Shown piece by piece: positions 1-9,281 of a stretch of DNA of 14,651 nucleotides; position 1 is the first letter of the stretch, and each line of letters opens with the position of its first letter. The stretch is from the NCBI GenBank assembly GCA_965240325.2, contig CBDEKP020000004.1:1-14651 (forward strand), read 5' to 3'. The position numbers and the translations under genes are program-made. This stretch comes from Rebecca billardiae RCC1528 (lineage: Eukaryota; Protista; Haptophyta). The notes beneath the pieces were generated by a model that was not told the DNA's origin, made no database searches, and saw only the letters and a program-made list of their open reading frames with translations.

Positions 1-660
1 CGGCGCGCGCAGGGCTGCGCGCACCACGTCAAGTGGTGCCCGCATGGCGGTGGTGATGCGCGGCGCGGCGGGAGACAGCGCGCGTGGCCCGTGTGAGGCG
101 CGCAGCTGCACGTCCTGCAGAAGCGCCGCCATTGTGTGGGGCGCGCGCGGCCGCGCCGCGGTGCGCACTCCGCCCAACGCGGTGCGCGCAGCCCGGCCCG
201 CACTGGCGCCGCGGCGCGGCCGTGCGCGCGCCGTGCGATGGCGATGCGCACGCGCAATGGCGGTGCTCCCGCTGGGCGCGCGGCTGCGCGTGGCTGCGAG
301 CCGCGCGCGGGCCACGCGCGCTGTCGCCCACCGCACCGCGCATCACCACCGCCACGCGGGCACCACTTGACGCGGTGCGCGCACCCCTGTGCGCGCCGGC
401 GCGAGCGCACCACAATTGCATGCGGTTAGTGCGGGCCGGGCTGCGCGCACCGCGCTGGGCGGTTCCCGTCTCTTGGACGTAGTGCGTGGCGACAGCGCGC
501 GTGGCCCCGCGGGGTGCGCAGCTGCGCGCCTCGCTGACGCGCTGCTATTGGCTGTGCGCGGCCGCAACGTAGTGGCGCCGGCTCGCGCTGATGGCCTGCG
601 CACACCACGCGGTGTGCCGGCGCCTGTGCCGACGCCTCCGCCACCGGTGCCGCTGCGCTC
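1..660. repeat. GC-rich degenerate repeat family with fold-back (16-108 inverted to 291-383)
   Basis: Core GGGCCACGCGCGCTGTCGCC occurs in both orientations; about 90-bp imperfect inverted repeat. Confidence 0.8.
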
Positions 661-1245
661 CGCGCAGCTGCTGCCACCATCAGCTCAATCCACCACATCC
701 GCCACCGCCACCGCCGTCGTTGCAGCCGCCCCCGCCGCCCCCGCCTCCGCCGCCTCGCTGCGAGCCGCAGCTGCTGCCACCCTGACTCACCTGAGCTCCA
801 CCACCGCCGCAGCCGGTGCCCCGGTGCCGCCGCAGCCACCCGCCGCGCAGCGGCTGCCACTTTCAGCCTCAGCCACCGCCTTAGCCGGTGCAGCCGCCGC
901 CGCCACCGCCGCCGTCACCCCCGCCCCCGTCCCCGCCGAGCGGCGCCGAGCGGCTGCTGCTGCCATCCTGAGCGCCGCCACCGCCGCCAATGGTGCCGCA
1001 GGTGCCGCCGTCGCCACGCGCAGCGCAGCGGCTGCCACCCTCAGCCACCACCTCAGCCGGTGCCGACGCCACCGCCACTACCGCCGCGCCGCTGCAGTCA
1101 GTGCCGCTGCCGCCGCGTGCTGCGAGGCAGCCCCCGTCCTCAACCTCCGTCACAGCAGCAGCAGCCACTTCAGCTGTGCCGACGCCGCCGCCGCCGTTGC
1201 ACGCAGCACTGCTGCCACCACAACTGCAGCTTGCAGCACCTGCTG
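661..1245. repeat. Low-complexity GCC/GCA-rich tract with recurring GCAGC(T/G)GCTGCCAC motif
   Basis: Triplet-like composition gives Ala/Pro/Gly-rich ORFs in several frames. Confidence 0.6.
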
Positions 1246-2163
1246 ATGGCTGCTCTGCAGGTCCAGCTGGCACGACTGCAGGCCGTTCAGCAGCAAATCG
1301 CTTAGACTCGGGGTCGCTGCTGTCCAGGTTCTTCATCAGGCTGCTGGTGCTGTTGCCCACTGATGAGTCGTGGATGGTGATATACACCAGAGGCCCATTT
1401 TGACCACATGCTCACCGCTGCTGGTGCGCAATCGCCATCGTCTGAGTACAGTGCCCTCAACAATTGATTAACCTTATTGTGTTTGACTGTTTATAATACC
1501 ATCAGCTCTATCACTGCTTGAGGCCCACTGCTGCATGCTATCTGTCACTGCGCGTATAGCCCTTACAGACCAGGTGGGTATATGAGCTGCATGGGCGGGT
1601 GATGTGTGGGCTGAGTCAGTCAGTAGAGAAATTGAGTAGTGCTCAATTAGTGCACAACCTGCTGACAGTGGGCAGGTGCTGTGAGGGGGCGCTGTACCAC
1701 CACGATGGCAGGCAGGGATGGAAATAATCCACCCGGGCCCTGGCGCTGTGACAGCTGCATGGCCTTTGATACTGCCTAGCAGCCAGCCTAGCACTACAGC
1801 CTAGGGCCTGAGCAGTGCTACTTCAGTGCGCAGGCCACTTCTCTGCAGGGGTTGGTGGGGCGGAATGGCCCGGCCACAGTGCACTAGCAGATGCACCTAG
1901 CCTGCCAGTGGCCCACCTGCTGATTGTTGTGTATGCCCTGTCGCACAGCACATAAGGCTCAGACGAAAATCAGCGGCGCACTGTGCTACTGTACACTCTG
2001 GGCTGAAAGAGGTGTGGGAGCCAACGGTCACGTCCGAGCTGGCCGGCTTCACATGCTGCCCAGAGGAGTCCTCCAATAGTCATCAACCCGGCTGACGTCA
2101 TGATGCGTGGGTGGCTGGGTGCAGCTCGACCGATTGGAGAGTGCCTTAGCCGCAGGTGTCCGT

Positions 2164-2587
2164 CATAAGCACCTGCCGCTTTGCTTTTCTCCCCAGCGGA
2201 ACCGCGAGCCGACCGAAGGGACGACCAGTCGTGCCGCTGCGCTGCGCTGCCGCAACCCGCCACCCGGCAGCCGCCGCGCGGACGTGAGTCCCGGTCAGGG
2301 AAAAAATGCCGGATAAAAAAAGCGCACGCGTCTGAACTGGTAGTTGTTTGGAGATGGCGACTGGTCGTCCCTTCGGTCGGCTCGCCACGAGGTGCACACC
2401 ACCCTCGCGCCGGCGACGCTCGCGCGCGAGGGGAGTGCGCGCGGGGCTAGCGCGGGGCGGGGGGCGGGGCTACTCGACCCCGGCGACGCCTCCAACCCAC
2501 TCGTGGCGCGCGCCCGCCCCCTGCCGCCGCTCGCCAAGTCGCCAAACTTAGGCTCCAACAGGGGCCAAAAAGCGGCAGGTGCTTATG
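2164..2587. mobile_element. MITE-like insertion with terminal and internal inverted repeats
   Basis: Perfect 19-bp IR CATAAGCACCTGCCGCTTT (2164-2182 / 2569-2587), readable as a TA duplication at a CATATG site. Perfect internal 28-bp IR (2204-2231 / 2358-2385). CpG-rich inside CpG-poor flanks. Confidence 0.7.
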
Positions 2588-3290
2588 CAAGCCTAGGCAG
2601 CCAGGAGTAGGTGTAGTGATGTGCAGGTGTGCTCTCAAGAGGGTAATCAATTGTTGAGAGGACTGTAGGTGCTCTTGCGGTAGCACATTGCGGGGATGGA
2701 AGGCAGCAAACGTGCGTTCATCAGCGGTGGGAAATGCAGTCAGCAGCTGCTGCCCCACATATGCTGCTCCAAATGGGCTCTCTGGCTCAGCGCAGCTGAG
2801 CGCCAGGCTCCACCACTCCATGCTGCCAGCTGCACTGCACTGCAGTCCGAGCCAACATGAGGCTTGCACAGCTGGTCGTCGTTCCTGTGGCCCACTCAAA
2901 AGTGGTCCCGCTTGAGACGCTTGCTCAGCTCTGCAGGAAGTGCACCACCCCTCACAAGCGACCGCTTAACTGCGTGCACCAACGCCCGCAGCTGAGCCCA
3001 CACTACCTTCAGGGCTGACTTGGCCTTGGCTGATGGCACAAGCACACAGTGCTGCTTCTGCACTTGATTGAATGCCCTTGCAGCCTCCTGTTGCACAACA
3101 TCGACGCCATCTGCTCTGCAGGCGAGCTCCACTGAAGTCAACGAGTCCACAGCAGAGTAGCCAACAGCCTTGAAGTGGGGCCCGCCTGCCTGCGTCCTCA
3201 CAAACTATAGTGCCACCTCAGACTCACCAGCTGCACCAAATGAGAATGCATGCATGGCTTGTCTACATTTCCCTGCCTCAGTCCCATGCG

Positions 3291-3760
3291 ATTGCGGCGC
3301 GTCCACGGGGCGCACGGCTGCGCGCCCCGCGCGGGCCACGCGCGCTGTCGCCCGCCGAGCCGCGCATCACCGCCACCATTACGCAATGCGCACAGCCCTG
3401 TGGGGCCTCAGCGCCGCAGCACGGCCGTGCGCGCGCGCAATTGCGGCGCGTTCACGGAGCGCGCGGCTGCGCGCCTCGCAAGGGCCACGCGCGTCGCCAC
3501 CCACCGCGTACACTGCCACGGGGCGGTGCGCGCAACCCGGCGCGCGCCACCACCGCGCCGCGCCGCCGCCCTGCTTTCGCATGTGACGGCGCGATGGTGG
3601 CGCTGTGCGAGCGCCATGCACGGCGGCGGCACGCGACATGGCGCGCACGGCCGTGCTGAGTCTGCGCCCACTGACACACGGCCTGCACTCGCGCATGCGC
3701 GCGAGCCGCGCACGTCCAACGCAGCGTGCCGGCCTGCTCGCCGGCCTTCTCGCCCGCGGC
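3291..3760. repeat. Same GC-rich repeat family; two diverged units 149 bp apart (3291, 3440)
   Basis: Shares GCGGGCCACGCGCGCTGTCGCCC...CCGCGCATCACC with 306-348. Confidence 0.75.
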
Positions 3761-3774
3761 GAAGGCGCGAAAGT

Positions 3775-3896
3775 TTTCGGCCGCACGGCCGACTGCCACC
3801 AACGGGCCCAAATTTGGGCTGGAGTGCCACCAACGGTACCCGCCACCAACGGTAATACCAATTTTTCGGCGAAGTGCCACCAACGGTACTTTTCCC
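3775..3896. mobile_element. Single transposon end, Mutator-like (reverse complement begins GGGAAAAGTACCGTTGGTGGCAC)
   Basis: Four GCCACCAACGG copies (3795, 3826, 3842, 3876), palindrome GCCCAAATTTGGGC at 3806-3819, and an abrupt switch to AT-rich DNA after 3896. The partner end is not in the window. Confidence 0.45.
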
Positions 3897-3998
3897 TAGT
3901 AAAATGTAGAGTGGTATCCACTATCCAGTAGCCCGGGGTTTGATGATGGTCCTTTGATTACAACAAGGGGGTTCACATCAAGTTTGATATGAAGTTAC

Positions 3999-4091
3999 CA
4001 GTTTACTAAGAATAAGAGACGCACACAGCTCAGGCAGGCGAGAAATACAGTTTACTAAGAATAAGAGACGCACACAGCTCAGGCAGGCGAG
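3999..4091 (+). repeat. Tandem doublet of a 44-bp TIR-like unit CAGTTTACTAAGAATAAGAGACGCACACAGCTCAGGCAGGCGAG (3999-4042, 4048-4091)
   Basis: Two exact copies with spacer AAATA. Confidence 0.95.
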
Positions 4092-4573
4092 ATTGACGCC
4101 CGCCAACTGTCACCGCCCATATGAAGCCGTCGACTATCTCCCGCTGGCGAGCGGAGCCCAGGACGCGCTCGGCGCGTCCTGGGCCAAGCCCAGGACGCCA
4201 GTGGGCGGCCGAAGCCCAGGACGGGCTCGATTTCGGTTGAGTGGCCTCAGGCAGCATTTACCGTGTGCGTATTCGTCGGATTTACGACCGTTGTCTAGTA
4301 GGCACGGTATCATATTGAAGTACTCGACACACCCGATTATGTGAGATAGATCGTCACAGATATTGGATGGGAGAAAAGTACGACTGTCGTATGGGTATAC
4401 AACATGGGTCGCAACAGCGTGTGCACTATGTGCTCACCGGTCGTCCATCGGTCGTAAGAAATATCTCGAATTGTTCGTATTATCTGGTCCTATCACAGCC
4501 AATCTTGAACGAAATGAGAATTTCTCAAATTCTCAAAAGTTCGTAGCCTAAAGAGGGGTCAAGTTTGAAGTTA

Positions 4574-4667
4574 CAGTTTACTAAGAATAAGAGACGCACA
4601 CAGCTCAGGCAGGCGAGATTACAGTTTACTATAAGAATAAGAGACGCACACAGCTCAGGCAGGCGAG
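4574..4667 (+). repeat. Second doublet of the 44-bp unit (4574-4617, 4622-4667), preceded by TA
   Basis: Spacer ATTA; the second copy carries an extra TA (ACTATAAG instead of ACTAAG). Confidence 0.95.
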
Positions 4668-6300
4668 ATTGACGCGACGCCAACTGTCACCGCCCATATG
4701 AAGCCGTCGCCGATGGTTATGGTAGCGCCGCCGGAAAAATTCGTTCAGCCGTCCGCCTGCGAGGCCTGGATGAGGGCTGCGGCCGCCTCGCGGCGCGCCA
4801 GCGCCCGTCATCCTCGCCCCACCGTCGTCCACAAAACGTCGTCGTCCGAACTCGCCGACTGGGCGCCGATGCGACAGCGCGCCGACAGGATGAGGATGTA
4901 GTAGGGAATGTAGAGCCCCACTGTCGGTTGGGGAAGGTGTGTATCAAGCGGCATGACTGGGGTAGCTTATCACACAGAAGGCCTGGCCCTCAGGTGATAT
5001 GTGCCCCAGTGTGGCGTGTCGGCCTCAAAGCCGGCGGCAGGGTTCTGTTGCCCGGAGCAGGGTTTGCTGGCGCATCAGCTGCGTGGGCCGGGGCGTCCGG
5101 CTGTTTGCGTTTGCGGGCCGGGGCCGGCACTGATGCCACCCCGCCGCGCATGCTGGCCTGCATGTATGGCTGCTGCCCAAGGTCAGAGTACAGTACAATA
5201 TTTATTATTGAGTAATACGACAGCGGCGCCGCCCTTGGTTCAAGCAAGCAAGGGCCGTAAGCAATAAGGTCATTTGGTTCAACAAGGGGAGGACTCCCCT
5301 TGGGTTCAAGGGGAGTCCGCTCACGCCCTGCGCGTCGTGCTTCCAGCGCGACCGCGATGAGCCAATAACTGCCGCGCGCCCTCACTCACGGAGTGTCCGA
5401 GTGACACGCCACACGGCCGGGCCCCACGCGCAGGCTCACACGTGAGTACTCATCGTATCAGAGCTGAGAGCAGCAACGCCCGGTAAGCGTATATAACTAT
5501 ATGAGCCGACGTCAGTTGCATTGCCGCTTTGGATAGTGTGGTCAGTTGTATTGCCAAAAGCACGTTATGACTACCGCCGTGGTCAGTTGTATTGCCGTTT
5601 TCAGTAGTATGGGTCAAGATGAATATTGCCGCTTTTGGATAGTGTGTCAACAATATTGCCCCTCAAATACTGGTTTCAAACCAATGACCCTTTCACACTA
5701 CTTGGTTCGAGAATATTGCCGTTTTCGAGCTTGAACATAGTCTGCTCAGAAATATTGCCCTTTCCATAACTATGTGTCAGTTGTATTGCCGCCAGCAGCT
5801 GGTGGCTGGGGCACGACTCGCACTCAGACAAGAGACTCGCGCAGCCCGTGTGCGCGTGCGTGCAGAGCTGCGACTGCCTGCGCGCGGCATGCAGGATACG
5901 CAACTGCAACCAACCGACATGCCATCATCATGCGGCCTGCGTAGCTCATCTTGACTTCCAGTAGCAGTCGGCGCTTCCCGTCGCCGTCGCGCTTGCCGCC
6001 CGCCGGCGGCCGGCCGCCAGCGCCATCGGGACTGCTGCTACTTCAGCGGCCACGTGAGCCGCATCGCGTCCCATGCCGCTGCACGCGCCGCCTCAAGCTG
6101 CGACCGCGCTCGCCAAGCCTGCCACTCGGGTTCCAGCAGCAGCAGGAAGCGTCGCCTGCCCCTCCTGCTTGCTGGCTCGTCGAGGCGCGCGCGGCGCACC
6201 GCCCGCCAGTCGGTGCGTTGTGTCCCAGCTGGCAGTACGCCTTGGACTTCCTCCTCCACGGGCCAATCAGCCTGCGTTGACGAGTGCGACTGGCGCACGG

Positions 6301-6852
6301 TCAGCCACCTGCACACGGTTGGCCATAGGGCAGTCTGCTGTTGGAGTGATGACAATCGCAAAAAGGCACGCGCCAGCAGTGTTGCACGAGCGAGAGCGAC
6401 GCGCGTTGGTTGATCGCCACGGTGTGAATGACAGTCGATGGCAGGCAGTGAGGGGGACGCGCGTCGCGTTGGTCAAGCTCCTTGAGGCCGTTGAAGAGCA
6501 CACGCCCGTCATGCACGTTCGAATCCCGCGAATCGGGGCGCAGCAACACACGCTCACCCTGCTTCACGCGTGCACCTGCATGCGCTGCCGTCGCAATGTC
6601 ATCGACTGCGCGCTTGACGGTCCCGGAGTCGAAGTGAGCACGGAGCAACGCCGATTCGATAGAAGTCGCGACGGATTCTCGCCCGTCTCCGCGTAGACGG
6701 CGAGTAGCCCGAGGTGCACGCGCGTGTTGCACTGCGCGCGCATGCGGCAGCGTTTGTGCAGATTCCGGTCCACGGTTCAGCTCGTCGTTCGACTTGATGA
6801 TGTCGAGGAACACGGCGCTACCCCGGCAGAGATCGTCGTCGTTGAACGTCAC
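6301..6852 (-). pseudogene. Possible degraded or captured gene fragment inside the 5577-7252 element
   Basis: Patches of GC3-biased, protein-like codons (TFNDDDLCRGSAVFLDIIKSNDELN; VLFNGLKELD); no family recognised. Confidence 0.3.
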
Positions 6853-6991
6853 TCTTCTGGCCTGGGATCAGCTAGGCCTGCTCAAGGGCACGCCGCGCAC
6901 GCCGGCGGCGCGTGGGCGCAAGCGCCATCATCAGCGCGTGGGCGATCGCGGCAACAAACCTGAATCAAAGATGCGCAAACGGCAATCAATA

Positions 6992-7083
6992 CTCGCCTGC
7001 CTGAGCTGTGTGCGTCTCTTATTCTTAGTAAACTGTAATCTCGCCTGCCTGAGCTGTGTGCGTCTCTTATTCTTAGTAAACTG
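6992..7083 (-). repeat. Inverted doublet of the 44-bp unit (6992-7035, 7040-7083), followed by TA
   Basis: Reverse complement of 4574-4667 including the spacer (TAAT), apart from the extra TA. TA|CAGT...ACTG|TA termini are typical of Tc1/mariner elements. Confidence 0.95.
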
Positions 7084-7737
7084 TACAGTACAACTGACCC
7101 ACACTACGCGACGGCAATACAGCTGAACAAAGTATTGGGCCATCATCCACGGCAATAATACACCTGACACAAGTATTCGACGTTGGCAACAAGATAAAAG
7201 ATTCACACGTGATTCCCAAAGACATGGAAAACGGCAATACACCTGACCACGGTATATATATATATATGCAGCTGCGCGCCGCTTGGCCGGCGCGCGGCGA
7301 CGCGCACTACGACCTCATCCTCATCCAGGCGCCCACGCGGGCGCACGGGGGCGACAGCCGCGGCTGCCGCTTGCCGGAGCTGCTCGCCGCTAGGTCGGCG
7401 GGCGGCGACATCGACTACGACCTCACCCTCATCCAAGTGCTCCGGAAGGCGCTCGGCCGCGGCGGCATCTGCCGTCGCCGCCGTGTGCCCCAGGCCGAGG
7501 CGGTGCTCCATCCCGGCCCCGCTCCCGTATAGGGGGGCAGGGCTGCGGGTGGCGCACTGTCTGACCTGGTCGGAAGGCGCGGACGCAGTCCGTATGTGTC
7601 TGTTGCACTCTTGAGCCTGACGCTTGTCCGATGCTGCCACGTCGTTAAATATTAATAATATATATAAGCCCCGTACAATGACGGTACAATTATATATATA
7701 CATATAATTATTATATTATATAAATACTTACGTACTG

Positions 7738-7780
7738 TCGTCTGCCTGAGCTGTGTGCGTCTCTTATTCTTAGTAAACTG
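7738..7780 (-). repeat. Single inverted copy of the 44-bp unit, followed by TA
   Basis: 43 nt with 1 mismatch to the consensus. Confidence 0.9.
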
Positions 7781-8245
7781 TAGTAATATACCGTTAGAGC
7801 TAGTACCAGTCATTCTTCATTCAGAGTCAGACCGTGCCCGGGTGACCGTGCCAGCCTCCGTCACACTCAGACACACTAGCCGAGTCGACGCACTCTGACT
7901 CACTGATTGAGATATTATATAGCTATGCATCATATATCACTCGGAGACTGGCCGACAGACGAGAGCGCGGTGCCCGTGCCGGCTATAAGTCTGAACTAAG
8001 ACTACGGACGGACACGGCCGCGCCACGCCGCCGACGGGCACGGCGTCGGGACACGGTATACTACGTACGGCTAACGGACTGCGCTTCGTGCCGACCGGCC
8101 ACGGGCCCGCCACGGAGTGCAGAGTCAGGACGGAGGCTCGAGCGCACCTCGGCGCCTGCAGCCGCTGCGGTCGGTCTCGCAGGAGGCTGTGCCGACGCCG
8201 ATGAGGGATCAGCGGCCGTCGCCTCGCTCGTCACCTCCGGTTCGT

Positions 8246-9211
8246 TCACTTGTCCAGCCAGCCCACCTCCTCGCGCGTGACAGGCTTGTGCACGGTCGAG
8301 TGCGGGCGCAGGGCAAGCGTGCCGTGCGCGTGCGTGACGAGAAGCTCGCCCTCGCCGCCGTCGGGCTTGAGCTTAAGCCCGCTGATGGACCCGAGCACCT
8401 CCCCTACGGCCTTCTCCAGCGGCTGCATCTCCGGTGGCGGCATCATCATCGTCGCCCTCACGCCGCCCTCCGCGGCGTGCGGCTCGGCGTCAGACAGCTG
8501 CACGCTCATCGAGTTGGCCACGCGCGCGCCGATGGACCACGGCTTGTCTCCGACGTGGAACACGACCTCCGAGATGTAATCCGCGGGAGGCGTGTCGCTC
8601 ACGAACGCGCTGGGCGCGGCGACCCACTCGCCCGCCATCGACGTGCGCGGCGCGGCGGCGGGCAGGGCGAACGCCTCTGCGGGCGGGCACGGCTCGACGC
8701 GGCTGATGCGCGCCTTGGCCGGGCCGGACGAGAAGGCGATGAGCGGGAAGATGGCGCCGAGCATGGCGGTCTTGAGCCCGCCCACGTTGAAGGCCTGCCC
8801 GAGCCCCTTGCCGTCCTGCGCCAGGTGCATGTTGAGCGTGAACGTGTCGCCGCCCGCCTCCGGCGCCAGCTCGGCGCGAATGTCGACCGAGCTGCCGGCG
8901 TCCAGGCCCGGGCCGAAGCGGCTGCGCTTCAGCCCGCCGCCGTCGCTGAGGTTGCCGCCGTAGTCGAGCCCCTTGCACTTCCACCCGGCGCCGAAGTGCG
9001 CCTCGTCCGTCAGGCCCACCCACACGTTCTCACCCTCGAGAGCTTCCACGCGGAAGCACTGAGCCACGCTCACGTCCGCGGCCGGCACGAGCCCCGGGCC
9101 GTCCTGCCAGAGCGCGTTGTACCTGGTCGATTGCGAGGCCTTCTCCGTCACCCACACCTCGTTGCCTGCGGCCGCGAGCGTGTTCGAGCCGTCGAGGCGG
9201 AAGGACGTCAT
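8246..9211 (-). CDS. Intronless 321-aa protein: N-terminal SPRY/B30.2-like beta-sandwich plus C-terminal META (HslJ/META1-like) domain
   Basis: Starts at ATG 9211 (MTSFRLDG), residue 148 of the 468-aa track ORF; the upstream extension runs through a MITE and is not protein-like. Strong GC3 bias and globular composition. WVGLTDEAHFGAGWKCKGLDYGGNLSDGG...DGKGLGQAF...IFPLIAF is SPRY-like. ARVANSM...VRATMMMPPPEMQPLEKAVGEVL resembles the eukaryotic META motif. Domains were recognised by eye, not by HMM. Confidence 0.85.
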   Translation of the reverse strand: MTSFRLDGSNTLAAAGNEVWVTEKASQSTRYNALWQDGPGLVPAADVSVAQCFRVEALEGENVWVGLTDEAHFGAGWKCKGLDYGGNLSDGGGLKRSRFGPGLDAGSSVDIRAELAPEAGGDTFTLNMHLAQDGKGLGQAFNVGGLKTAMLGAIFPLIAFSSGPAKARISRVEPCPPAEAFALPAAAPRTSMAGEWVAAPSAFVSDTPPADYISEVVFHVGDKPWSIGARVANSMSVQLSDAEPHAAEGGVRATMMMPPPEMQPLEKAVGEVLGSISGLKLKPDGGEGELLVTHAHGTLALRPHSTVHKPVTREEVGWLDK

Positions 9212-9281
9212 CGTCGCCCGAGAGGAAGGGACGCGAAAACCCGCGGCGCAGCCGCCACTTGGAGGACGGTCCGAACCTGGA

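Larger units (their letters stand above)
5577..7252. mobile_element. Putative non-autonomous TIR element with inverted subterminal ATTGCC/GGCAAT motif arrays
   Basis: 26-bp inverted repeat 5577-5602 / 7227-7252 (1 mismatch), with the right end abutting (TA)n. ATTGCC at 5520, 5550, 5591, 5625, 5655, 5715, 5754, 5785; GGCAAT at 6981, 7113, 7151, 7233. Confidence 0.6.

Noticed and set aside
389-1403. Ala/Pro/Gly-rich ORFs
   Set aside because: Low-complexity GCC tract that is open in several frames; no domain recognised
1860-1960. Gag zinc-knuckle-like reading on the minus strand (CAVRQG...GHWQARC)
   Set aside because: The spacing does not fit CX2CX4HX4C and the frame is riddled with stops
3999-7780. 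44-bp repeats as CRISPR repeats or spliced-leader relics
   Set aside because: Spacers are only 4-5 nt, copies occur in both orientations, TA|CAGT termini fit TIRs, and there is no match to the dinoflagellate, euglenid or kinetoplastid leaders I know
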